Assembly: GCF_036279695.1 (NCBI RefSeq)
Contig: NZ_DASUIQ010000065.1
Location: 52,601 to 116,600 of the forward strand
DNA: 64,000 bases
Direction: 5' to 3'
DNA from: Sulfuricurvum sp.
GTDB taxonomy: Bacteria; Campylobacterota; Campylobacteria; Campylobacterales; Sulfurimonadaceae
In this document: piece by piece, positions 18,987 through 28,496 of the stretch
Position numbering within the stretch: position 1 is the stretch's first letter
Layout of the letters: every line of letters begins with the position of its first letter
Notes under the pieces: generated by a model
Told to the model about the DNA's origin: nothing
Database searches by the model: none
What the model saw: only the letters and a program-made list of their open reading frames with translations
Made by a program: the position numbers and the translations under genes

Positions 18987-19442
18987 ATGCGATTTGTATT
19001 GAAATCACTCCTGATAATATCTCTGTCTCTTTCGCAAATGTACGGAGCCAGTATCTTTATACGGCAAAAACAGACGTTATTAAAAGAGACCCCCTCCTTT
19101 TTAGCCAAAACGGTTGCTACGTGTAAGTTCGGAGATGAAGTGAAAGTAATTGAAGAGAAAGAGAACTGGAAAAAGGTGAGCTTCGCTTCTAAAAAGGGGT
19201 GGATTCATGCATCATCAGCCGTCGACAATTTATCAATGAGTGAGGCCAATACAAATGCCCCTTCGTCGGTTTCCAGTAATGAAGTGATGCTGGCGGGAAA
19301 AGGGTTCAATAAACAAGTTGAAGCCAGCTATCGGGAACAAAATCCAAAAATGCGTTTTGATTTGGTCGATTCCATGGAGAAACGGACGATTAAGCCGCAG
19401 TTACAAACCTCTTTTGTCCTTAACGGGCAATTAAAACAATGA
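18987..19442 (+). CDS. exported SH3b-domain protein
   Basis: Signal peptide followed by a bacterial SH3-like segment (CKFGDEVKVIEEKENWKKVSFASKKGWIHAS). First gene of the cyclase operon. Confidence 0.6.
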   Translation: MRFVLKSLLIISLSLSQMYGASIFIRQKQTLLKETPSFLAKTVATCKFGDEVKVIEEKENWKKVSFASKKGWIHASSAVDNLSMSEANTNAPSSVSSNEVMLAGKGFNKQVEASYREQNPKMRFDLVDSMEKRTIKPQLQTSFVLNGQLKQ

Positions 19443-20356
19443 GACGGGGTGTCAATATGAAAAAAGCATTTTTTATGGGAACTTTTGTTTTGTTATTAAG
19501 CGGGTGCAGCACCAACATGCAGCAGCAAATTATGCCTTTGGCTGATACACTTTTGCCGCATACGGGGATTTCAGCGGAGAAAAGAGAACAAATACTGAAA
19601 ATCGGAAACTCTTTTGTCAAAAGTATCGAAGATATTACCCCCGATCAGGAGTATTACATCGGTCGAACCGTATCGGCCAAGGTTTTTTCCGAATACCAGC
19701 CCTACAAAAATCAATCGATGGATGAATACGTAACGATGGTCGGAAACCAGTTAAGCTATCACTCGGATACTCCGATAACGTTCGGGGGATACCATTTTCA
19801 GATTTTGAATTCCGATGAGATCAATGCATTTGCCGCTCCGGGCGGGTTTATTTTTATTACACGCGGAATGTTGCGCTGTGCACGGAATGAAGATCAATTA
19901 GCGGCAATTTTAGCGCATGAAATCGGACATATCAGCAACACACATGGGCTGAAAACGATTAAAAATAGCCGATGGAGCGAATTCGGATCTGTTTTAGCGG
20001 TAGAATCGGCAAAACAGTATTCGAAAAAAGATGTCGCGAAACTGGTAAGCGTGTTTGAAAACAGTATTAATGACGTTGTGAGTAATCTGATGGTAAACGG
20101 GTATTCGCGAGAATACGAATATGAAGCCGATGCAACGGCGATTAAAATTTTGGAGCGATCAGGGTATGATCCAACGGCGTTAACACAAATGCTTCATGAG
20201 ATGGAAAAGAAAGTGAAATCGGGGGACAAGGGGTTTGGTTCTACACATCCATTGCCGCTGGAGAGAATTGAGAATCTCAAAGAAGCACGTTTTGAAGCCG
20301 TGCAAATTCCGATGATAAGAAATCAACGTTTTGCTAAAAACATGAAAAATATTTAA
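19439..20356 (+). CDS. M48-family zinc metalloprotease lipoprotein
   Basis: Lipobox LLSGC, HEIGH zinc motif (AHEIGHISNTHG), and C-terminal GSTHPLPLERI. ATGA overlap with the upstream gene. Confidence 0.85.
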   Translation: MRRGVNMKKAFFMGTFVLLLSGCSTNMQQQIMPLADTLLPHTGISAEKREQILKIGNSFVKSIEDITPDQEYYIGRTVSAKVFSEYQPYKNQSMDEYVTMVGNQLSYHSDTPITFGGYHFQILNSDEINAFAAPGGFIFITRGMLRCARNEDQLAAILAHEIGHISNTHGLKTIKNSRWSEFGSVLAVESAKQYSKKDVAKLVSVFENSINDVVSNLMVNGYSREYEYEADATAIKILERSGYDPTALTQMLHEMEKKVKSGDKGFGSTHPLPLERIENLKEARFEAVQIPMIRNQRFAKNMKNI

Positions 20357-22422
20357 TGAAAATCAAAATTTACCAAGCGGCACTATGGGCATTCGTCTGT
20401 ACTCTTAGTCTCTATTTTTTTGGTAAGAGCCCGTTTCTTCAGACATTTGAAAATAAGCTATGGGATGTTCGGGTCGCGAATCTACAGAACGCGGAAGATC
20501 ATGACAAAAGTATAAAACTCATTTTGATCGATCAGAGTTCGTTGGACTGGGCAAAAGAGAACTATTCGCTTTCTTGGCCGTGGCCGCGTGAAATGTATGC
20601 GAAGATTATCGACTATTGTGTTCAGCACGGGGCTAAAGCTGTCGTCTTCGATGTTCTTTTTCAAGAGCCGTCGCTCTATGGGGTGGAGGATGATAAACGG
20701 CTGATAAGCGCATTAGAACATGCTAATGGTGTAGGCTCATTCGTTTTGAGCCGTAATCAGGGGAATGATCGCCGATGGCCCTCAGAGATACTCAAACCTT
20801 CCTATCCTCCTCTCTCCGAGGATCTATCTGCTAATGCTGTCTATCCTTTGGCCTCTTTTCCGGATAGGGCTATTGCAAAGGGGTATAAACAGATCGGTTC
20901 GGTCAACTCCCACCCTGATTCTGACGGTATTATCCGAAAGGCACATCTAACCTCGGTCTTTGACCTAGGTTATGTCCCCTCATTACCTATGGCGGCTTGT
21001 TTATCGACGAAAGAGTGCGCTCCGAGCGTCGATACGGATCTGAAAATCATTAATTACTATGGACCTGCGCAAACGTATGAGACGATTAATGCGGCATCTA
21101 TCGTTCAGGCTCAGTTATCGAACGAAGCGGGTGACATTCATCACGTCAAACAATATGATCTCAATCAAAGCTACGTTTTCATCGGCATGAGTGCCCCCGG
21201 TTTAATGGATTTGAAAAGTGTACCGATGCAAAATATCTATCCCGGAACGGAGATAAACGCCGCAGTTTTAGATAATATTTTGCATCAGAATTTTATCTCT
21301 GAACTCCCTTATTCTATTACGTATTCGTTGCTTTTTCTAGTCACATTCGTTACCTTTTTCGGGATACGTCATCATATATCGTTGAAGATCGGACTCCTCT
21401 ACTCAGCGATACTGTTGACCCTCGCAGTCGCCTCAAGCATTGTTTTGTACTACGGCGGTTTTTGGTTCAATGTGAGTATTTTTATTTTAGGGATAATCGC
21501 GTCGTGGTTTGTGGCGTTTAGCATTAACTATTTTCACGAAGGTGCACAACGCCGTTTTATTAAAAGCGCTTTTGCACGCTACATCAGTCCGCAAGTCATT
21601 GACGAACTTATCAAATACCCCGATAGACTCCGATTAGGGGGAAGTAAAGAGGTATTGACGATTCTTTTTACCGATATTGAGGGGTTTACCGCCATTTCAT
21701 CGAAGCTAGAACCGGAAGTTTTAGCCAAATTTTTGAATGAGTATTTGGGATTGATGAGTGATGTGATTTTGGAAGCCGGCGGTACGATCGATAAGTATGA
21801 AGGAGATGCGATTATCGCTTTTTGGAATGCGCCGCTGCATCAGAAAGATCATGCAAAACGTGCGGTGGCATCCGTATTGAACTGCCAACGCGCTATACAA
21901 GCCTACAATCCTATGTTAGAAAAGAAATACGGATTTAGCGTGAGAACACGCTTCGGTATACATACCGGAGAGGTCATTGTCGGAAACTTCGGTACCGAAA
22001 AGCGCTTTGATTATACGTTTATCGGGGATGCGGGGAATTTGGCTTCTCGACTCGAATCGGCGAACAAGCAGTTCGGATCGAGCTGTATGATGTCGGAAGA
22101 GACTAAAATGTGTTTGAATCGTGACGATCAAGTGATTGTTTGCAGGGAGCTTGGGACGATTCAGGTGGTCGGTCGAACGTCTGGCGTCAAGGTATTCGAA
22201 CCCATCGATAGCGCACTCTCAGATGAGTATATTCAGTGGATCGATGAGTATAATAGTGCATTGGAATACTTTTATCACGCCGATTTTGAGAGGGCTTTAT
22301 CTATTTTTGATAAACTCTCTTCCATCGATAGAGTGAGTGCCTCCTATGTCCGACTCATTCATAAAATCGCGACGGGAAATTTAAAATTCGAGAATGCAAC
22401 ATTGATTTTGGATGAAAAATAA
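20356..22422 (+). CDS. CHASE2-sensor class III adenylate cyclase
   Basis: TM helix, about 300 aa extracytoplasmic CHASE2-like region, and three TM helices. The cyclase domain has FTDIEGFT, DKYEGDAIIA (Lys at the adenine-specifying position) and IGDAGNLASRLE. TAATG overlap with the M48 gene. Confidence 0.85.
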   Translation: MKIKIYQAALWAFVCTLSLYFFGKSPFLQTFENKLWDVRVANLQNAEDHDKSIKLILIDQSSLDWAKENYSLSWPWPREMYAKIIDYCVQHGAKAVVFDVLFQEPSLYGVEDDKRLISALEHANGVGSFVLSRNQGNDRRWPSEILKPSYPPLSEDLSANAVYPLASFPDRAIAKGYKQIGSVNSHPDSDGIIRKAHLTSVFDLGYVPSLPMAACLSTKECAPSVDTDLKIINYYGPAQTYETINAASIVQAQLSNEAGDIHHVKQYDLNQSYVFIGMSAPGLMDLKSVPMQNIYPGTEINAAVLDNILHQNFISELPYSITYSLLFLVTFVTFFGIRHHISLKIGLLYSAILLTLAVASSIVLYYGGFWFNVSIFILGIIASWFVAFSINYFHEGAQRRFIKSAFARYISPQVIDELIKYPDRLRLGGSKEVLTILFTDIEGFTAISSKLEPEVLAKFLNEYLGLMSDVILEAGGTIDKYEGDAIIAFWNAPLHQKDHAKRAVASVLNCQRAIQAYNPMLEKKYGFSVRTRFGIHTGEVIVGNFGTEKRFDYTFIGDAGNLASRLESANKQFGSSCMMSEETKMCLNRDDQVIVCRELGTIQVVGRTSGVKVFEPIDSALSDEYIQWIDEYNSALEYFYHADFERALSIFDKLSSIDRVSASYVRLIHKIATGNLKFENATLILDEK

Positions 22423-22447
22423 GTTGACGTGAAAGAGGGAAAAGCAG

Positions 22448-24853
22448 ATGTCGGATACTAACACGCAAAAAAAGAAACTAAACCCGATAAATCCTCGTGT
22501 TATCGAGTTTTTGGGGACGGCAGGGACATTGTCTCCCAACAAAGAGACCACCTGTTTGCGTGTTTCGAAACACTGTGTCATCGATGCGGGAAATCTTATT
22601 CGCGGGATGGGGCGTGATATATTTGATATTGAACACATCTTTTTGACCCATTCGCATTTGGATCATATCGTCGACATTCCGTTCGTTGCCGAGCTTTTCG
22701 TGACGCATAAAAAAACACCGTTGAAAATTTATGCGTTGGCGGAGACGCTCAACGATTTGCGCGCATTTATTTTTAACTATCGTATCTGGCCGAATTTTCA
22801 AGAGATCGATTTATTGCTGGAAAATACCAAAACCGTAGATTTGATCGAGATACTCCCCGATAGGGCCTATTCGATCGATGATATTACGATCACTCCATTT
22901 CTCAATAATCACACCGAGGGGAGCTGCGGATTTGTGATTCGACATCAGGAAGACGGGGTCTTATTTACCTCGGATACCTATAAATGCGACCGAATATGGG
23001 AGCTGCTGGAAAGCGATCATTCGATCCACTCGTTGGTCATCGATGTCTCTTTTTCGTCTGAATACGAAGCGGTCGCCCGCAACAGCAAACATTTGACTCC
23101 CGCATTACTGGCGGAGGAGCGATTAAAATCCAAAAGAGACGATTTCGCGATTTATCCGGTTCATCTAAAATCCCATTTTGAGGCGGATATTCGACAGGAG
23201 TTAAAAGAATCAAAGATTAAGGGGCTTGTCCTCAAAGAGGTGGACGATTATACGGTTCTCCCGTTTGACCCGACGGTTCCGGTGTACAAAAAAGATCACA
23301 ACCACTCGTTTTCGTCCCAAATCCTGATGATCGGGACGGCACTCTCTTCGGAAAAAAATATCGATTCGCTTTTGGAACTCATCATCAAGCAGTCAAAACT
23401 CCTGACCAATGCCGATGCGGGTACGTTGTATCTGTACAATGAAACGTCCAAACAGCTTGAGTTCAAGGTGATCCAAAATGATACCTTGAACATCAGCATG
23501 GGGGGGCGATCTGAACCGATACAGTGGATACCGTTGGAAATGTATCTGCCGCTAGGGGATCAAAATCGGCATATGGTGGCAACGGTGTGTGCGCTCGATG
23601 GCTATATCATTAACATCCCCGATGTCTACGACTGCGAAGAGTATGATTTTAGCGGTACCAAAACGTTTGACGCTCAAACGGGGTATCGATCCCAGAGTAT
23701 GCTCGTTATTCCGCTCAAAGATCATGAAGACAATCTGATCGGAGTGCTGCAACTGATCAATAAGCGAAACAGTTTCGGTGATGTCGTCGAGTTTGAGTTT
23801 GATGATGAAGAGTTGGCGCTCTCCATCGGTTCTCAAGCCGCCGTTGCCCTCACAAAACAAAAACTGATCAACGACTTAGAGGTTTTATTGGAGTCGTTTT
23901 TACATACGATCAATATGGCCATCGAAGAGAAATCTCCCTATACGGCGGGGCATATCGATCGGATGATGGATTTGTCGTTGTCGTTGGCAAATGCGATCAA
24001 TATGGATCAGACAACATTCGCAGAGACATTCTATTCTGACGAGCAATTGAAAGAGATCAAGTTTTCGGCATTGATGCATGATATTGGGAAAATCGTCCTT
24101 CCCGAATATGTTGTGGACAAATCTACGAAGTTAGAAACCCTTTATGACCGTATTGAGACGGTTAAACTCAAATATGAACTGCTGAAACGGGATGCTCAGA
24201 TCGCCTTTTTGCATTCATCCCAATCGGATGAAGACAAAGCATTGCGGGATAAGACATTGAGCGCGTTGGACGAGGAGATTGCCTTTTTGGTTGCGGCAAA
24301 TGAAGGGAGCGAGTATTTTAGCGATGAGAATATTGAGAGAATCAAATCGATTGCGGCACGCCAAATCGAGTTGTTCGGAACGTGCGAACCGGTATTGAGC
24401 GAAGACGAAATCGCGAATCTCACCGTGCAAAAAGGGACATTGACGACGGAACAACGAGAGATTATCAACAATCATGCCGATATTAGTTTAAAGATGCTGC
24501 AAGCGTTGCCGTTTCCTAGAAAACTATCCCGTGTCCCCGAAATCGCAGGCGCCCATCATGAAAAGATCAACGGGTTAGGCTATCCGCGTGGATTAAAGGG
24601 GGATCAGCTGAGTATCGAGGCTCGTATTTTGGCGATCGCCGATATTTTCGAAGCACTCTCCGCCTCCGACCGACCGTATAAAAAAGCGAAAAAACTCTCT
24701 GAAATCATGAAAATCTTATCGTTTATGGCAAAAGATAATGAGATTGACAAAAATATTTTGTCGTTGTTGTATACGAGCGGTGTTTATAAGATATTCGCAA
24801 CCAAATATTTGCAACCGGAAAATATTGATGAGGTGGTTTTTGAGGGGTTTTGA
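22448..24853 (+). CDS. three-module protein: MBL-fold / class II cNMP-phosphodiesterase-like + GAF + HD-GYP
   Basis: N-terminus LGTAG...VIDAGN...THSHLDHI, a central GAF-like region (ADAGTLYLY...VLQLINK), and a C-terminal HD-GYP (HDIGK, GAHHEKINGLGYPRG). Confidence 0.8.
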   Translation: MSDTNTQKKKLNPINPRVIEFLGTAGTLSPNKETTCLRVSKHCVIDAGNLIRGMGRDIFDIEHIFLTHSHLDHIVDIPFVAELFVTHKKTPLKIYALAETLNDLRAFIFNYRIWPNFQEIDLLLENTKTVDLIEILPDRAYSIDDITITPFLNNHTEGSCGFVIRHQEDGVLFTSDTYKCDRIWELLESDHSIHSLVIDVSFSSEYEAVARNSKHLTPALLAEERLKSKRDDFAIYPVHLKSHFEADIRQELKESKIKGLVLKEVDDYTVLPFDPTVPVYKKDHNHSFSSQILMIGTALSSEKNIDSLLELIIKQSKLLTNADAGTLYLYNETSKQLEFKVIQNDTLNISMGGRSEPIQWIPLEMYLPLGDQNRHMVATVCALDGYIINIPDVYDCEEYDFSGTKTFDAQTGYRSQSMLVIPLKDHEDNLIGVLQLINKRNSFGDVVEFEFDDEELALSIGSQAAVALTKQKLINDLEVLLESFLHTINMAIEEKSPYTAGHIDRMMDLSLSLANAINMDQTTFAETFYSDEQLKEIKFSALMHDIGKIVLPEYVVDKSTKLETLYDRIETVKLKYELLKRDAQIAFLHSSQSDEDKALRDKTLSALDEEIAFLVAANEGSEYFSDENIERIKSIAARQIELFGTCEPVLSEDEIANLTVQKGTLTTEQREIINNHADISLKMLQALPFPRKLSRVPEIAGAHHEKINGLGYPRGLKGDQLSIEARILAIADIFEALSASDRPYKKAKKLSEIMKILSFMAKDNEIDKNILSLLYTSGVYKIFATKYLQPENIDEVVFEGF

Positions 24854-24862
24854 AGCATCTCG

Positions 24863-25750
24863 TTAGGGATGCTCGTTTTCTCCGTAGATCGCGTCCAAAA
24901 TGCCGTCCACAAATTGGTATTTGTCAAACGGTATCAGATGCTCGGGCTGTTCTCCGACACCGATGTAGAGGATAGGAAGCGAAAGGGCGTAGGCGATCGA
25001 GAAAACCGATCCCCCTTTCGCCGTTCCGTCGAGCTTGGTGATAATGATGCCGTCCACACCTACCATTTCATTAAATGCTTTGGCTTGGGCGATAGCCGAA
25101 GAGCCTTGCGTACCGTCTAGGATGAGGATTTTGCGGTGCGGTGCTCCGCTATGGGCTTTGTCACAGATACGGACGATTTTTTTCAGCTCATTCCCAAGAT
25201 TCGTTTGGGTGTGGAGCCGACCGGCGGTGTCGATGATTACCTGCTCAAATCCGCGTGCTTTTGCCGACTCGATCGTATCGTATGCTACGGCACTCGGATC
25301 GTGTCCTTGGCGAGACGAGATGATCGGGACATCGAGTTTGTCCGCCCAGCGGGTGAGTTGTTCGATGGCGGCGGCGCGGAAGGTATCTCCAGCTCCGAGG
25401 ATAACCCGCTCACCCTTGTTCAAATGGTGTTGCGCGAGTTTCGCGATGGTGGTTGTTTTCCCCGCCCCGTTAACGCCGATGATGAGGGTAACCGTCGGTT
25501 TTTCAGGATTATCGGGCAAAGTATTTTGGGCATAGCTGAGGGTTGCGAGGAGTTTGGAACGGAGCTGATCGCGGGTGATGTTCTCTTGATAGAGCTCTCG
25601 GAGGATGATTTCGACCAGATCGTATTCGACATCGGCTTCGAGGAGGATATTTTCGAGTTCATCTTTGCTGATCGTCTCTTTTTTCTCAGGGATAATCGCG
25701 CTGATCGCTTCGAGTGTTTTTTGAAGCCCCTTTTTGATAAATGAGAACAT
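24863..25750 (-). CDS. ftsY: signal recognition particle receptor FtsY
   Basis: SRP GTPase motifs GVNGAGKTTT and DTAGR. Confidence 0.93.
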   Translation of the reverse strand: MFSFIKKGLQKTLEAISAIIPEKKETISKDELENILLEADVEYDLVEIILRELYQENITRDQLRSKLLATLSYAQNTLPDNPEKPTVTLIIGVNGAGKTTTIAKLAQHHLNKGERVILGAGDTFRAAAIEQLTRWADKLDVPIISSRQGHDPSAVAYDTIESAKARGFEQVIIDTAGRLHTQTNLGNELKKIVRICDKAHSGAPHRKILILDGTQGSSAIAQAKAFNEMVGVDGIIITKLDGTAKGGSVFSIAYALSLPILYIGVGEQPEHLIPFDKYQFVDGILDAIYGENEHP

Positions 25751-25752
25751 GG

Positions 25753-26307
25753 TTATTTTCCTAATGCCATCGCGATGTCGCGATCGATGATCTCTTCTTG
25801 GGTAGCCCCTTCGTAATGGGTGACGTATTGACCGTTTTTATACAAAACCATCAAAGGGATCGGGAACTGTTGACCCACGCCGATAGTGGATGCGATCGCA
25901 CGAGCGAGGTTCTGGTTATCGGCTTTGTTGGAGATCAGATACGTACCCCCTCGGTATTTTTCGCGGAACGCATCGAGTTCGGCATTGCTTTTGTCTTCTT
26001 CTATTGTGATCCCCATAACGATCAAGTCATCACCGTATTTTTTTTGCAGATTTCCTAACGCCATGACTTCAGCTTGGCAAGGAGGGCACCATGTGGCAAA
26101 AATATCAAACAAGACCACTTTGTCTTCTCCCGCATCGAGGGTAAAGTCAGCTCCCCGTTTTTCTACCGTATAACTTTTGCCTTGGGTATCCATTAACGTG
26201 AAAGCGGCGGTTGAAACCAGTGCCTCTTCGGAAGACTCTTTCTTGTTACATCCTTGAAAGAGGAGGGAGAGTGAAAATAAAGAGATTATTAAATGGGTCA
26301 AACGCAT
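25753..26307 (-). CDS. TlpA/ResA-like thiol:disulfide oxidoreductase lipoprotein
   Basis: Lipobox LFQGC and thioredoxin-fold active site WCPPC. Confidence 0.8.
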   Translation of the reverse strand: MRLTHLIISLFSLSLLFQGCNKKESSEEALVSTAAFTLMDTQGKSYTVEKRGADFTLDAGEDKVVLFDIFATWCPPCQAEVMALGNLQKKYGDDLIVMGITIEEDKSNAELDAFREKYRGGTYLISNKADNQNLARAIASTIGVGQQFPIPLMVLYKNGQYVTHYEGATQEEIIDRDIAMALGK

Positions 26308-26362
26308 ACAAAACCTTTTTTAGAGTAAAATAATGAAGATTATAACGAAGCAAAGGTAAAAA

Positions 26363-27007
26363 GTGACCAAAAGCGATTTTAGAGGAGAATGTCTAAAACG
26401 GTTGAAAAGTTCTAACCCCAATACTAAAACATGGCGTAATGCGAAGGTGAATCAAACATTACAGCATATCCTTCAAACATTGGATGTAAAGCGGATACTG
26501 TTTTATTGGCCGATGGGATTTGAAGCGGATATTCGCAAAACCGTACTTTCTTCGCGGACTAAAAAAAAGGTATTTTTACCGTTTATGGATGGCGTCAGTT
26601 TCAAAATGGTACCATTTAGATACCCGTTGGAACGTAAAGCTTTTGGGATTTATGAGCCGCGGAATTCGTATAGAAAATATAATTTAATAGATGTAGCTAT
26701 TGTCCCTGTAGTAGGGGTAGACGGATCTTTGCGCCGAGTAGGTTTCGGTAAAGGGATGTATGATCGATTTTTTCCGACCCTAAAAACGAAACCGTTTACT
26801 ATTTTTATTCAATCGTGCGCGTGTCGAACGACGTATGATATTTGTGATGATTATGATGTGCAAGGAGATCTACTCATAACTCCCTATGGGGTTCAAAGTA
26901 TGAGGAAAACCAATGTTGAACGAACTACTCGTAGGAAGCGGCATCGCCGCTGTGAGCGGGTTGGTCGGATTTTTAATTTCAAAAAAGATTACCGCAGCTC
27001 ATTTTGA
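26363..27007 (+). CDS. 5-formyltetrahydrofolate cyclo-ligase
   Basis: VPVVGVDGSLRRVGFGKGMYDRFF matches the 5-FCL core. GTG start. The very basic C-terminal tail is encoded inside the first 95 nt of rny. Confidence 0.75.
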   Translation: MTKSDFRGECLKRLKSSNPNTKTWRNAKVNQTLQHILQTLDVKRILFYWPMGFEADIRKTVLSSRTKKKVFLPFMDGVSFKMVPFRYPLERKAFGIYEPRNSYRKYNLIDVAIVPVVGVDGSLRRVGFGKGMYDRFFPTLKTKPFTIFIQSCACRTTYDICDDYDVQGDLLITPYGVQSMRKTNVERTTRRKRHRRCERVGRIFNFKKDYRSSF

Positions 27008-28481
27008 TCTCTATTTGGAACAGGCGAAAGCCAAATCCAAAGCGATCGAGAATGAAGCGCAAATGATGTTAGAACGCTCCTCGCTTCGCTCTCGAGAGAT
27101 CGAGAAAGAGGCGCAAAAGCGGTACGATGAAACGTCTGAACAAGTAAAAAAAGATTTTGCTTTTCGTGAAGAGAAGATTGAACGTTCAGAACGGGAGTTT
27201 GAAAATCTTCGACAAAACGAAGTGGAAAAGCTCTCACAAGAACGTGCCGCACTCGAAAACAGACGACTTAATATTGAGCGTAATGAACGAGCATTAGAGA
27301 AATTAAAAGAAGACTACCGCCAAAAAAGTGAACAAATTAAGGTGATCGTCGAACAGCGTGCCGGATTATCGGCACACGAAGCGAAAACGATTTTATTGGA
27401 TCAAATTCGTGAGAACGAACGGCTGGAATTAGCGAGAGAGCTACGCAAATTAGAAGAGCAAACCAAAGAGCAACTCAAACGCAAAGCCGAATATATTTTG
27501 GCACAGGCAACATCACGATTTGCGGGGGAATATGCCGCAGAACGACTGATTAGTGTAATCCATCTCGATGATGATGAGCTCAAAGGGCGCATTATCGGCA
27601 AAGAGGGACGTAATATCAAAACCCTCGAAATGGTGAGCGGTGTCGATATTATCATCGATGAGACACCGAATGCGATTATCGTGAGTTCATTCAACCTCTA
27701 TCGCCGTGCCATTGCGACGAAAACGATTGAGCTTTTGATCCAAGACGGACGTATTCAGCCTGCTCGGATCGAAGAGGTGTACCAAAAAGTATCCGATGAG
27801 TTTGAAGAGGCGACAACGCGAGAAGGGGAAGAGGTTGTCCTTGAATTAGGGATAGGGGGTGTCCATCCTGAATTGATGAAACTGGTCGGTCGGCTCAAAT
27901 ACCGCTCGAGCTACGGTCAAAATGCCCTTGCCCATACACTCGAAGTGGCGCATTTAGCGGGAATTATGGCTTCTGAGATGGGGGGTGATGTCAAACTCGC
28001 CCGCCGTGCGGGATTGCTCCATGACATCGGTAAAACTCTGACCCAAGATAACGGGGGGAACCATGTTGACATCGGGGTGGAACTGTGCCGTCGCTACGGT
28101 GAAGATCCGGTCGTTATCAATGCGATTTATGCCCATCACGGTCATGAAGAGATCAAAAGTATCGAGTGTGCGGCGGTGTGTGCCGCCGATACCCTCTCCG
28201 CCGCCCGTCCGGGAGCACGACGCGAAGTGTTGGAGAGTTTCTTACGCCGTGTGAGTGAGATCGAAGAGATCGCCACTCAAAAAGCGGGTGTTAAACAAGC
28301 TTACGCGATCAATGCGGGGCGTGAAGTACGGGTTATCGTCAGTGCCCAAAATGTGAGTGACGATGAGACGACTTTGATCGCCCGCGAGATTGCCGATGAG
28401 ATTTCTCAAAAAGTGCAGTTCCCCGGAGAGATCAAAGTAAGCGTTATCCGTGAAAGCAGAGCTGTCGAGTACGCGCGTTAA
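26913..28481 (+). CDS. rny: ribonuclease Y
   Basis: N-terminal TM anchor, long coiled-coil, KH domain (GKEGRNIKTLE) and HD domain (LLHDIGK). Confidence 0.95.
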   Translation: MLNELLVGSGIAAVSGLVGFLISKKITAAHFDLYLEQAKAKSKAIENEAQMMLERSSLRSREIEKEAQKRYDETSEQVKKDFAFREEKIERSEREFENLRQNEVEKLSQERAALENRRLNIERNERALEKLKEDYRQKSEQIKVIVEQRAGLSAHEAKTILLDQIRENERLELARELRKLEEQTKEQLKRKAEYILAQATSRFAGEYAAERLISVIHLDDDELKGRIIGKEGRNIKTLEMVSGVDIIIDETPNAIIVSSFNLYRRAIATKTIELLIQDGRIQPARIEEVYQKVSDEFEEATTREGEEVVLELGIGGVHPELMKLVGRLKYRSSYGQNALAHTLEVAHLAGIMASEMGGDVKLARRAGLLHDIGKTLTQDNGGNHVDIGVELCRRYGEDPVVINAIYAHHGHEEIKSIECAAVCAADTLSAARPGARREVLESFLRRVSEIEEIATQKAGVKQAYAINAGREVRVIVSAQNVSDDETTLIAREIADEISQKVQFPGEIKVSVIRESRAVEYAR

Positions 28482-28496
28482 GCGCGAAGGCAAAAA

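Noticed and set aside
25035-25744. Two plus-strand ORFs of 166 and 202 aa
   Set aside because: Both are antisense to ftsY, whose GTPase motifs fix the real frame.
28469-28486. Short CGCGC/GCGCG hairpin between convergent rny and the CDF gene as a terminator
   Set aside because: It has only a 5 bp stem and no T-tract, and it overlaps the rny stop. It is too weak to call.
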